Below, piece after piece: positions 38,461 through 52,018 of a stretch of 64,000 nucleotides of DNA. A program made the translations under genes and the position numbers. The notes under the pieces are model-generated. The model did not search any database. It saw nothing but the letters and a program-made list of their open reading frames with translations, and was not told where the DNA came from. Every line of letters begins with the position of its first letter. Positions within the stretch are counted from its first letter, which is position 1. The stretch comes from Octopus bimaculoides (taxonomy: Eukaryota). The DNA is taken from the NCBI RefSeq assembly GCF_001194135.2, contig NC_068992.1:44738570-44802569 (forward strand), in the 5' to 3' direction.

Positions 38461-41400
38461 CGGGCGGCGAAAATGGTTGGATGGATCATATCATGTAATT
38501 AAGTAGCGTATGAATATTTTGGCGGAATGATCTGGTCTTGTGCACGGATAGCACTAATAGACGACGAAGAGATGAAAGACAATATTTATATCTAAAACAA
38601 TTTACGCGTTCGATTGGATATAGTAAATCATCCAGACTGTCTCTACAAATCTCTGTTATCTAAATATGGTTTTGAAATACAAACGTTTGTTATGTGTGTA
38701 AAGTATTTCATGATGCCACATTAATATAGAAATACAATGCAAACAGTGTGACATTAAAGAAGACAACTATTAGTGAAAAAAGAAAGCCCCAACAAATTCA
38801 TCATCACATTCAGGTAAAGTAAAACTATATTGCAATAGTGTGCTGTGTATAGATATGCTATGTTAAATAGCGTATCCACCCGCCTCCAACATACCTCTAG
38901 CCAAAACGTAACATTCTCATGCAATGAAGATAATGCATGTTTATATTTCTCTTTGATACAATACTCTCATTCATTGGTTATAAAAGCCACTCGAAACGCC
39001 GTGTCAAATTTATCGTCGAAAACTTGATGTGACGTAGTTCTGATGTAGCAGATATTGCCATAACAGAAACTCCTTCCAACTTTGTTTATTACGGAGAATA
39101 AAATGTATTCTTTTTAACTGTTATAGTCATCTGCATTCACAGTCAATTCATTTTAAATACGTCAATTATGATGTGTAAATGGTTAGTGGATGGTGATATG
39201 ACAAAAACCAACCAGAAGTATTCTGTATCAAGTATATGTATACATACATATACCTGTGTGTGTATACGTGCATGCGTGCGTGTGTGTGTGTGTGTACATA
39301 CATACATACATACATACATGCATACAAATTATATATATATCTATATATATATATAATAGAGGTTGTCTGTGTCTGTCGTTCCGGATTCTTCTCCGAAACT
39401 TTTTTTTTTTTTGAAACTTTACATATCATTTTTGGACGAGACGTGACGCTATTGTTTTTTCATATTGATATCAGATCGATAAATCAATATCTACTTTCTT
39501 CGACAAGTTGTCGGATTTTAATCCAAATCAACATAATTATTCATTTTTATCCGTTTCGTTTGAGCACTGGATGAGAAGAACGGACTCAAAAAATGCCCTT
39601 TTGGGCACCTTTTATCCGATTGCACTCAACTTCGCGCCCAATGTGCATTAGACTCTAGCCTACAGTTTGTAAAAAATTGCATACTTTTAGGGTGCTTTCT
39701 TTACGAGGTGTAGCACATCGAAAAAATTCGATAATGCTTTAGCGCTTCCACCCTTTGTCCGATTGTCTTATAGGTTTGCATACATGCGCACTGTGCACCA
39801 AACATTATGTATCACTGTTAAAATGTTTAAATTTCTCTTATTAAAGTACTGTTAAGTAACTTATTATTTGTTATTTATTACATTTGAGAACTTATACATT
39901 TGACGAAAGTTTTCCTTCAAAATTGTTACACTGAATAGATTTTTTCCGGAGATATTTCTATGTATTTAAATTTTTCGATTCCTATGGATTTGTGGACCAC
40001 AATTGAAAATAAAACAATTCTTTACGGTGTTTCACGTGAAAGGTTTTTTTGTGAACTGCCTTGCATGTAAACGTGCAGCTTATACACGTAAGGTGAAAAA
40101 TCGATATTTTTACGCGCGTGAAGTCTCAATCAAAGTTTATTCAGCGCTTATAAACAGCTAGCATTTACATGGGCAGGAATGATGTTATAATGTGAATTTC
40201 ATTTCGGAATCTATTTTTCAAATCAACACAGCTACAATATCGAAGAGCAAATGTATATTGATTTTTTCCCGAAATAAAAATCTTTGGAGTAAATCTTCTC
40301 TTAAATGCAGCATGACTTCCGCCCAAATCCGTTAATAGAAACGTGTGCAGGCTTTTCATGCTCACGGACGTGTCAAAATATTTTTATGACGCTATGGCCA
40401 CAGAAGGTCTTTGGATTGCTGCTATAACCTAGGTACTACACATTATTAATCAAATTACTCGATGAGTCACAAAAAAAAAGTTATACGGGAATTCAATTTC
40501 TGCTACATAGAAGTCTGCCAGTATTTATGCTCATTGCTTTATTATCGAATTCAGAGAAGAGGTTCGTTAATAGATAGATCTGTATAACATTACCAATTTC
40601 GCGTGCATGATATTTTGGTTCAGCTCTATGACAGTACCACAATTGACAAACCTTATTAATAACTTTCTCCGAGTTATTTCACGGATTTTTGGTACTTAAC
40701 ATTCACTTCTTACAGAGCATTAAAGAATTCTTAGGTCGGGCAAGTAAATTTATTTTCGAAACAATTCTCGGTGCTTCAGTTATAGCAATTATATTTTTTG
40801 AATGCATTAGACTGTTGCCTAATTATTTATCTTATACACTGCACCTAGGTAAAGTATTGATTATTTGCCGTGACATTGAAATCGATATGCGCCCGTCAGT
40901 CATGTTATTCATGAGGCTGAAATTGTAACAAGCGTTGACAATTCTTTACACCATAAAGCAGTCTCACGCACACACTCATACCTCTTCTTTCACAAAATTG
41001 ACTACTTGCTTCAAACGCTCTGACGTGTTTTGTCCTATCATGACACTTTATGATCGGGTTTACGACAGGCCAGTCATTTCGAGGAGTACTTGACCCTTTT
41101 GGCAACATGACTTCTACTTTCAGCTTTTATTACAAAAGGCGAATCTTTCACATTGTCTACAGACAGTTGGTAAGTGCATACGATATCTTTAATCACTCTC
41201 CTGTAAACGCCTTTTACTTGCACCTTACCTTTATGGACCCTTTGGACGTAGCTTTAATGCTAGCTCTCCATGCCGCAAAGACAATAAATGTACCAAGTGG
41301 TTTCCAAGGTGGTTTTACCAGAGACCCAGACTGGTGCCGATGGATATCCACTTTCCAGGCGACGTAAGCCAGGCGGTAGCATTGCGGCATTAGTTGGACA

Positions 41401-42657
41401 CCACGAAGAGATGGATAGTTCCTTACTGTCCGTTGTTGTCAAAGATTTTCAATGCACATATGAATGTGGAATTTTGAAATTCTGTTAAATCTATCAAATA
41501 TATATGCTCTTTACTTGTTTCAGTTATTTGTCGGCGGCAATGCTAGTTCGAAACTTTAACATTTAAATTCATGAAGAATGTTTTCATGAAAAACGTGTCC
41601 ATTCAAGTAATTGTATACTTTTAAAATAAATTCATTAACCTAAGCAATCGTAATCTCTTGTCACGCAGAGCACAACCTTATATTCACAGTAACATTTTAA
41701 ACTTCACGTACGTCAATTAATTCTTGGTCAACGTCATTATGAGACCATTCCAAATCCCAAAAAGGATTTCTTAAAATTTGTAAGTTTGAAGTATGCAAGC
41801 GTCTGTAAAAGCACATTGATGTTCGTGCCTAGCAGGACGTTGCAAAGCTTAAGACAAACCAAATCTAAAATGAAAGCCCAAGAATTATAAATTCACATGT
41901 TAAATAATGAAATAGATTCATCTGTAACATATTTCAACTACTCGTAGATGCTTTGTGGTTCTTGTTTCATCTCTCTGCGTTCTGAGCTCAAACTTTGCCA
42001 TGACTTAGTTGGCTGGAAGACTTGATCTGTTGATAAGATTAATGCTAACATCTCCCACTGCAGGTTCTTTCTCTGATGTAAGTATGCGGATCAGGTTAAT
42101 TATTTGAGCATACAAACCATCTCTCACGCAAATCTTGAAGGCTCTATAAATGGGCGTAAGAAGTGCCCTTTCTCCTGACTAAAAGATGAAAAGATTACAA
42201 ATGTTCACGTGAAAAGTAGTTGCCACGGAAGTAAATGTAGTAAAGTGTTTATTAAATCCTGTTGCCAATGATGAAACACCGGTGCTACAATAACTAGATT
42301 TACACATTTCAATATTTCACGATTCCTTTTTGTACGATAACGTGACATATTTTAACAGATGTATAAGAGAGAAGTCATCATAGCCATTTAAATAAAATAT
42401 ATTATTTACATCCACTTTTTGTTTTATTTTATAGTAGCTGTCCACTACACTATTACATTTTAATTAACGGTGAAGGTATTTTTAAAGGACTACGATTTTA
42501 AATGACTATGATTTCAGTTTCGTTAAGATTAGTTTTCATTACAACACTTGTTAAATCTTACAGTTCGTATGAAATCGTACACGACTGACAGAATCACTAT
42601 CTTCCTCCATATATATAGTGTGTGTATGTATTTATACATGCATGCATTCATGTAAGA

Positions 42658-42748
<91 letters not shown>

Positions 42749-43005
42749 NNNNNNNNNNNNNNNNNNNNNNNNNNNNNNNNNNNNNNNNNNNNNNNNNNNN
42801 NNNNNNNNNNNNNNNNNNNNNNNNNNNNNNNNNNNNNNNNNNNNNNNNNNNNNNNNNNNNNNNNNNNNNNNNNNNNNNNNNNNNNNNNNNNNNNNNNNNN
42901 NNNNNNNNNNNNNNNNNNNNNNNNNNNNNNNNNNNNNNNNNNNNNNNNNNNNNNNNNNNNNNNNNNNNNNNNNNNNNNNNNNNNNNNNNNNNNNNNNNNN
43001 NNNNN

Positions 43006-43052
<47 letters not shown>

Positions 43053-46000
43053 GCGCATAGACACGTATTGATATATAAATAGGATTACAGTGTATGTTGT
43101 ACCCGATGCTGTATGTGTTAGAGAGATAGGAGTTCTTGAATTTTATTTCAATAAAAATCTTCCAGTAATAAAACATAGTTTTCGTTAGATTTTGTGTTCG
43201 CTGAAATGTCAAGGAGAAGGTCATCATAAAAATAATAACGTACATTAATAATCTAATAAAGAAAAAAAAATCATTATTTTATTCCATTTTAGATTAAACC
43301 TGTTGACAAAACTTCGATACTGTGTTATTATGTGCACCCACCATATAATGAATATTTCGCTGTTGCTATTTTATGGCCTTCATTGGGTGGAAAGTATAAG
43401 GATATAAACAATAGCATGTTTTATATTTTCTTCTGTACTTTCATGACCTATGTTTGTTTCACAAGAAATTATTTAAAAAAACAAAAGAATTTCATCATAG
43501 TTAAATTAAGTTTGAAAGACTCTAGATAAACACTAGAGTTGTACCCTTGGAAATGCCATTATCAATAAAACATATTGTAATATGGTTATCAATATAAACG
43601 CATGAAGCGAGAAAAAATTATATTTTTAATAGAGAATTATAATTTTATTTTTCAACTGTTATTAATTGAATTTGAAAGATTTTGTTTTAAATTTGATATT
43701 TTAAAATATTTTCCTGACGTATTATTACAACATATATTGTTAATAGATAACAGAAGTGAATAGTGCTGGAAAATACCCTGTAGTATTTACTGCAGCCTCT
43801 TTACTTTCTGAGTTCAAATCCCACCTTGTTTGACTTAGAATTCTTCATTATAACGTTAATAATCTATGATTAGCTCTGACATTTCACTGAAATAAAAATG
43901 AATTTTTCTGAGACGAGACTTTGGTAAATGGCAGACTTGTAAGTTTTTCACTACACTTTAGCTTCCCTTATTTTAACGTTACAGTTTAACCTGATCAGCA
44001 CTCATTCTGTTAGTTCCCTGTCTTTTATTATCCACATGCCGTTCCTTATTTAAGTTATACTGAGAAGATAATTGAAAGGTTGAAACAGTAGAGTGACAGT
44101 TGTATTTCTTAGTTTCGAATCGCCATATACATTAGAAGATCATGCAACGTAGAGGGTAGAATATTTATTGTGTTGTCAACACGACATAATGCTTACCCAA
44201 GCTCAGTTACCCAACAGAATATGGGAAAATGGAGCCACGTCTCTGTTCCATTACCAACAGGGAAGCTTTACGAAGTATTTTGAGATACGTGCACGAATAT
44301 AAATATCCCAAATTCATAATATTGTAGAAAATTATATTCTTAACATATTTATTATCTTTTCAATATAAATGAAACCAAATCTAAGCAGAATGAAAATCTT
44401 GCTCAAAAAGAAAGTACATATCATCACGAAAATAGAATCTGTAAAGAAAAATTTCAGCATGGATATAATTCATTCGCCAGATAGAGATAGTGTTTGCATG
44501 TAATCTGAGCTATCATTCTTCAAAAGTTTATAAAATCTAAGCTTAAGTAGATTAAAACAGTAAATGTTTCGTTAAACTCAAGAATGTATTTGTCAAGAAT
44601 AATAAAGCATAGAGATTATATAGCTGATGTGTATTTGAAATTAATCTTATAATGTTATTTGCGTCCCGTTGAACGAGGAAACCTTGCAACTTTTAACCAG
44701 TTTACGTTTTAATCTTCCGAATTGTAGAATGAATCATGGTATATGATTTAGTTAACTGCATTCATCTTTTCGTCATTGCATTCTCAATGTCTCAGAAAGC
44801 ATGTACAACTGATATATGTTGTCCGCATTTTATAACAGTGCCATTGTTTGCTCTTCTAATACTGTCTTTCAGTAATATTATTCATGCAAAATAAAGATAA
44901 AACAGTAATCTTGAGAACTGCACGTCCTAAGACGTATATAAATCCTTCAGACAACATCAAGCCCCAAACTAGTTACCTGGATTCTTCAGATTACATATTT
45001 GACATTTGCAGGTCAATGTTCAAATGAGTTTTCATTATAAAATTTCGTTCATTTCCAAAAGAAAATATCTTGATGAATAAAAATTTCTATCTATGAGGTT
45101 ACCACTTGGAAAATTGTCCGACTACATATTTATTGTAGAATGTATATTGTGAAATTAAACAAAAAGTAAGCGTAAATCCCGATATCTCCTTAAGACTTCA
45201 GGGCTAATTCTCATAATTTACATGCCTAATGAATTGGTACAATTTTAATGTTTATGTTAATAAATAATTGATCGAAAATGTCCAGAGGAAAGAAACATGA
45301 TTTTATTATTATTATAAATAAATGCACATCAACAGGTATTTGTTGTTAAAATTCAATATGTATGAACATAAATTATTTCTCCTCTTTTCTTTTCTAATAT
45401 TCTAAAATGTAAATAAAAAAATGTATCTTTAATACGTATATCTTTCACAATATCACTTTCCATGTGATTTACAATTCATATTTGTCAATGCCACAATACT
45501 CCTTTGTGTACTAAATTCATCAAATGGTGCTGCCTGCGATTGTTCAATGGTGCTGTCAAAGTGATAGTGTTCAGACATTGTCTGTATATTTACTTCAGAT
45601 TAGCTTACTCTGTTGAATTATGACCGGAAACTAAGCTTCTTTTCCTTTTGCTTTCCTTAAAATCTCTGACTTGAAGAATATATTTGTGTAACCTGTTTCG
45701 TATCAGCACTCAACTATATATGTCTTCTTTTGTAAACAGGTTCATTTGCAATACAAGAAATGTACCAGTTTTGAAATTTTGGCAGGTCGCAGTTTGGATG
45801 TTATCGTTTCTTAAGATCTACAGAAATATCAACAACTCACGTTGAATAATCTAAAATGGAAGAATTTCCAATAGCATATGCCTTAGTTACTTTTTTTCTA
45901 CGGTGAGTTTATTATCACCAGAGATATTTAAAAATACTGAATGTCTTCCAGATTTCTGAGAGACGATCGGTATTTTTTAACATTTCTGGTGAGAACCTTA

Positions 46001-46144
46001 CAACATTCGTTCAACTCTGCTGTGTTCAGAACTCATCGAGGTAAACTTTATATTTATAGGTGGGTTTGTAGACATTTGACATCTATATCTAGCGTATTGT
46101 CGTTGTACCTCCAGCGCCTTTAATTATAATTTTTATAATTATAT

Positions 46145-46365
46145 ACTTAATATATGTGTTTGTCTGTGTGCGTGTGTGTCTGTATGTATCCCCCACCACT
46201 GCTTGACAACAGGTTTTGATGTGTTTACGTCCCCGTAAATTAGCGGTGCGGCAAAAGATATCTATAGAATAAGTACTAGGCTTAAAAGAATATGTCCTGG
46301 AGTCGATTTCTTCGACTAAAATCATTCAAAGCGGTGCTCCAGCATGGCTGCAGTCAAGTGAGTCG
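46145..46365 (+). mobile_element. SINE family B, 3' half
   Basis: cccaccactgcttgacaac...ttagcggtgcggcaaaaga...gcggtgctccagcatggctgcagtcaa. Confidence 0.8.
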
Positions 46366-49064
46366 CAACGGACCCGCGTAAGTTTCTGGGGGTAGGGAGA
46401 ACGGAATATATACACCGAATAAACTGGTCGTATGAGCCTATGACCTATGCATACATATCATTTTGTATATAGGAGATACGAGAGTAAAAATAATTGCTGT
46501 ACGAAGGTAGTTTTAGTAATTGGATAAAAAAATAAACTGTTCGCGTGGAATAACCGAGACACTATTCTAGTTTTCTGATTTGATCTTAACTACTCTCTTA
46601 TATAGTTACCACGGAAAAAGAGAAAAAAAATGAGGAGACCATTGTATTTTCGTTTCGCAGTGGACTGTCACGAACTGCAATATCAACCTAATTTCATTCA
46701 GGAAATTGACCAATATCTAATATATAATAACGTTTGCTCATAAAAGTTTCATCTATCTTCTTCGCCTTCTTCAGTACCTCCTCCTCCTCCTCTTCTTCCT
46801 CTACATTTTATTATTAATATTATTAGTAATGCTGTATATTTTACCTGGTATTTTACTTCTTTATCCGCCGTCTAAATACGCACACATATCAAGATTTACA
46901 AACTGAAAATAAAAATGTATTACAAATCCCTTAGGTATTAGATAGAAACTAATACCGACAAATTCCGCTTATCGAAGATGCTATTTCAAGAAATATTACT
47001 TTCCCAGAGCTGAAAGAAATAGCTGTTTTAATCTCTTTGTGCTCGTTCGTGACATCTTTAGTATGCTCTCACAATCGTAAAATTTTCCAGTTGAAAGTTA
47101 GCAAGTACCGTGATATTTGTAGAATCTAGTTAGACTTTACGTGGGAATATCTTCCCAGAAATTTTAGAGCAATTAAATTCAGCAGCAAATATTAATTTAA
47201 CCTTTGTGCACACTAGTTTAATTTGCTGCATTTTTATAGCGAATGACTTAGCCTAGCACAAGTGTTATGTCTACCATTTTCATACAAACAGCATTCATTC
47301 TGTCGTTACATGATCTGACACATTCAGCTACACAAGGTTGGCCAAAAGTCACCTGACAGTAAATCAAAACCATTTAATTCCAAGATTTATTTGTTTAACA
47401 ACTGAATGAATTTAATAAAATCATCAAAATATGAAACATCAAGATACTTATAATCATATATTACCATTAATTACAGGCAGAGGATTAAATCTACTCCATC
47501 AAAAACCCGCGGGATGAAAAGAAAAGTTGACTCTGACGTGATTTCATTTGCAGAAAAAATACTTTAAAGTTATCTAAAGAAGTACCCGTAGCTGTTTGAC
47601 TGATTTTTTTTACTGTTTATGTTACACAGTAGGTGATTTAAAACAAATCATCATATTGCCTTCTTCAGACGAGGCTCAAGGCTGTAAATGTGATCTTACA
47701 ATGTTAATTGCAATTACATCAAATGCAGTTTAGAAGTGAAATAACATTAAAATAAAATATTATAGATACATCTCTTTCTGAAAGGGAAATTATTTTCATA
47801 GTTTAAAATAACTCGAAGTTGAATTAGTGAAGAACGTGAAATATTGGACTTTGCAGTGCAAAGCTGAAAATTTCATTGTGAAGTGAGAGAACATAATAAT
47901 TCATACTGAGTGGAACTATCACTTTATTTTTAGAAGTTTAAGTAATTTGTAGAGACACGATCAAAGTTTTCACAAGAATGTGAAGAATAGACGAGTCCGT
48001 TATATACAAGTTTTGTATATATATATTAAATTCACAATGTCGTATAAGCTTGCATGCGGAAGTGAAAAGGAGATTTAGGACTTTTGACAAGTCGCTGTAT
48101 GAAGAGATAAAACGTCTGTTGTCTCTACTTCCCCGTGGCAAATTGTCTTATATCACTTTAATAAGGATTCAAACGTTTTTATTTGCCGATGCTAGTGATC
48201 ATTATTTTCTTTGATATTTTGTTCAACACACCTTTAATTGCGAAGCGGTAAAGTTATATAAGAAAGATTGCATAAAAATGACGAGAAAAAACGAGATAAA
48301 ATGACGAGATAAAAACAAGTACATAAGGTTTTCGTTTCGTTGAAGAAATGTACGAAGAGGTATATATTAAACGGATTTTTGTTATATATATATATAGTTN
48401 NNNNNNNNNNNNNNNNNNNNNNNNNNNNNNNNNNNNNNNNNNNNNNNNNNNNNNNNNNNNNNNNNNNNNNNNNNNNNNNNNNNNNNNNNNNNNNNNNNNN
48501 NNNNNNNNNNNNNNNNNNNNNNNNNNNNNNNNNNNNNNNNNNNNNNNNNNNNNNNNNNNNNNNNNNNNNNNNNNNNNNNNNNNNNNNNNNNNNNNNNNNN
48601 NNNNNNNNNNNNNNNNNNNNNNNNNNNNNNNNNNNNNNNTATATATGTGAAAATCAAACCATTACCTCGTCGGTAAATATATCTGGATATATATATATAT
48701 AACAGTCACATTTCTATCTATCTTATGTAGGATATACAATAATTTTACAACTATATTAAGAATTATATTAAGTAATATTTCTCAAAGTATGTTGATATCA
48801 TATGAATGCAGCAATTATATGTATTTAGGAATTCAATTATCCACATTACAATCTCAATCTTTTTCATTATAGTATATCTGACTCTCGCTCTCTCTCTCAC
48901 TCTGACTCTCTCTCTGTCTCTCTGTCTCTCTCTCTCTCTCTCTCTGACTCTCTGAATTTTGATGTTTTCAATATGCATGAGTGTCCATGTCTTTGTGTAT
49001 GATCATGTATGATTATATGTGTATATGAGTGCATATTTATGTGTGTAGTATGTATACTACATAT

Positions 49065-49125
<61 letters not shown>

Positions 49126-49299
49126 TGTATATATATGTATGTATATTTACACATGTATAGAAATCTATATAGTAGACATATTAAAGATGCACTCATAAAC
49201 ACATATAGGCATACGTATTCATATGCAAAGACATGAAAACTCATACATATTGACAATATCGAAATAGACATCATTTGCCATGATTGATCGTTTTCCACA

Positions 49300-49485
49300 A
49301 AAGCTTTTATTTTTTTCTCTCTGTTTATTTCTGTGTTCCTTTCTGTAGAAGAGCGTAGGCTCGAAACGTAAAAGACTTTCTCACTTCCCGAGCGTTAAAC
49401 TAATACATGTTTGTTGTTTACACATCCGGCTTTGTCTTTGGTTTTGTTTGTTTTATTTTGTAAATTCCAACTATGTGTATGTATA
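49300..49485 (+). mobile_element. Second PLE-like terminal repeat family
   Basis: GAAGAGCGTAGGCTCGAAACGT...CGAGCGTTAAACTAATACA block followed by a T-rich tail and (TA)n. Carries the hammerhead-like motif. Family recognised from memory of octopus repeats. Confidence 0.45.
49339..49374 (+). ncRNA. Variant minimal hammerhead-like motif in a second PLE-like repeat
   Basis: CUUU-CUGUAGAA-GAGC(GUAG)GCUC-GAAACGUA^AAAG. Stem II 4 bp with tetraloop, palindromic ACGU stem III, 4-bp stem I. The core has A6U plus one extra A. Confidence 0.45.
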
Positions 49486-51982
49486 TATATATATATATAT
49501 ATATNNNNNNNNNNNNNNNNNNNNNNNNNNNNNNNNNNNNNNNNNNNNNNNNNNNNNNNNNNNNNNNNNNNNNNNNNNNNNNNNNNNNNNNNNNNNNNNN
49601 NNNNNNNNNNNNNNNNNNNNNNNNNNNNNNNNNNNNNNNNNNNNNNNNNNNNNNNNNNNNNNNNNNNNNNNNNNNNNNNNNNNNNNNNNNNNNNNNNNNN
49701 NNNNNNNNNNNNNNNNNNNNNNNNNNNNNNNNNNNNNNNNNNNNNNNNNNNNNNNNNNNNNNNNNNNNNNNNNNNNNNNNNNNNNNNNNNNNNNNNNNNN
49801 NNNNNNNNNNNNNNNNNNNNNNNNNNNNNNNNNNNNNNNNNNNNNNNNNNNNNNNNNNNNNNNNNNNNNNNNNNNNNNNNNNNNNNNNNNNNNNNNNNNN
49901 NNNNNNNNNNNNNNNNNNNNNNNNNNATATATATATATATATATATATAAATGTGTGAGCGCGTGTGTATGTGTCTGCATTTATGTTTATATGTTCGTAT
50001 GTACGTGTGTATGCACTTATATGTTGTTACCAATGAACATTATTGTCTGATATTATCATTGTTCAGAATGACGTCGATCACTGTTTGCAATAATTCCGGG
50101 AGTCCGTAACTGCAGGAATTGGGCACCTTTGTAGATCTCGTAGAGAAGTTAGTGTTCGCCGAGAGGTTGAGGGGCTATGCCACGTGACGTCATATGACGG
50201 ATAATTACTCACTTATCTGGCACAACCTCTCACCTCACCACGACCTATATTGTGTTCGCCCTTTCTTGCATTTGCTCAGCCATTCACCTCGACACAGCTG
50301 ACGATTGATATCAGCTGGCATATCACTCCGTCAACACGTCCATCCGATGTTCCGTATGGGGTTGGTATATTTCACTTGAATACTTCAAATGTGGAATGTT
50401 ACACGTATATCATATATGAAAGCTATGGCATGAAGTGGCAATGGAATAATATTGGAGCTATGACCTTTCAGAGCAGTATTGATGTTCATTTAAAGAGGAA
50501 TAATAGGCTGATATATCTGTGATTGCTGACATAACATTCCGCAGTTTTTTTCACTGTCAAAGCGTTTTACCTTTTCATGATGTTATTACAGCATCAGATC
50601 ATACGAAATATTGCAGAATTATAACTGAAATACAATTAGTCAAGAATAATTGCAAGACGTAATTAAGAGAGCTGCTATATTATTTATATTATTTGACTTT
50701 GATTTTAACTATTCTTGCTTCATATCGATTCATTTATTATAAAATTAGCACTTTACAAGTTAACTCTTCGACATGGCTTCATACTGCATAACAATATACG
50801 TTTCTTGATAAATGTATGAACATTACGTAATTCCATCGTTCAACGTAAAATTATATATAGCCCAAGGGCGGTTTTACATTTGGCAGATCTAGTTGACATT
50901 TATGGGATTCATAACTATTTTACAAGGATTAATTACAAGGGTAGGTAGGATGTTTATGTGACTATTGATTTTTCAGATCTGTCAGCCATGAAACTCAAAA
51001 CTAAAACATCCTATCGCGCGTTCTAAAATAAGGCAGAATTCAAACTCCATAAGATGGATGACCATATCCACCCAGAAGTTCTAAAATGCCAGAACATTTT
51101 GTGAATTGAACTTCACAAAATTGAAAACATTGAATTTTAAATCTAATTCAAATTAAATACAATGGGAAGCGATGTTTTAAATTGAGAAACGACTTGTCAC
51201 AAATAGTGCAAATCTGATTACTGAAAATGTGTATTTCCGACAAACTGTCTTCTTCAATAAACTGGTATTAGGCACCGTTGTAATATAGAAAAATCATATT
51301 TATTTCAGTAAAAATAGTGATAAGTGAAGCCATCGATAATTTATGAGATATTATCTTAATGGGTCCAAATATAATTCACGTCATAAATTTCGAAATATAC
51401 TTTCATCTTCAAAAATTTATATCTTAATGATAAATATTAACGGAAGCAGTATTTCAGATTAATAGTTATATTTCAGCGAGGTGTCAAACTACAAGAAAAT
51501 GTTTGAAAAAGAGACTAGAAAATTGAAAAAATATACTGAATAATTATGACGACGGAATGAAGGTATAGCGACAATATCAAATCATCGAGATAAATATATA
51601 ATTTGAGAAACTACATGTGCAGAAGAAAGTTTTCCAGGTAACCCTGGCTGTTACTGTTTGCAGATGGAATACAGATGATACAGCATTTAGGTGAAGGAAT
51701 AGAAACCGTCTTTGGTAGGATATCGCGCTCCTGAACACGGTACCGTTACCTTATTACTCGTAAATAGAAGCGAATTATTTGCAGGAAGACATTATTTCTT
51801 TGATGAATCAGCCCATATAACAGTAAATATAAATCACATGTGAAATGCATTAATAGAAGATCAGTTGGTTTTCTGTGTTGCGCTCAAATCTTCCCATACG
51901 CACTGTTTGGAATGGAGTTCATCTTCATATTAGCATTTCTTTCCATATAAAATACAGTCAAACTTACCTTTGTAAATTTAAC

Positions 51983-52018
<36 letters not shown>

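Noticed and set aside
37880-38560. GC/CpG-rich island with hairpins, a polylinker-like GATATC...CTGCAGCCCGGG and an HDV-like GGCCAC/GTGGCC stem
   Set aside because: Explained by a decayed RTE C-terminus. The HDV topology fails (no P2, 15-nt insertion before the P1 3' strand), and the restriction-site cluster is not an exact vector match.
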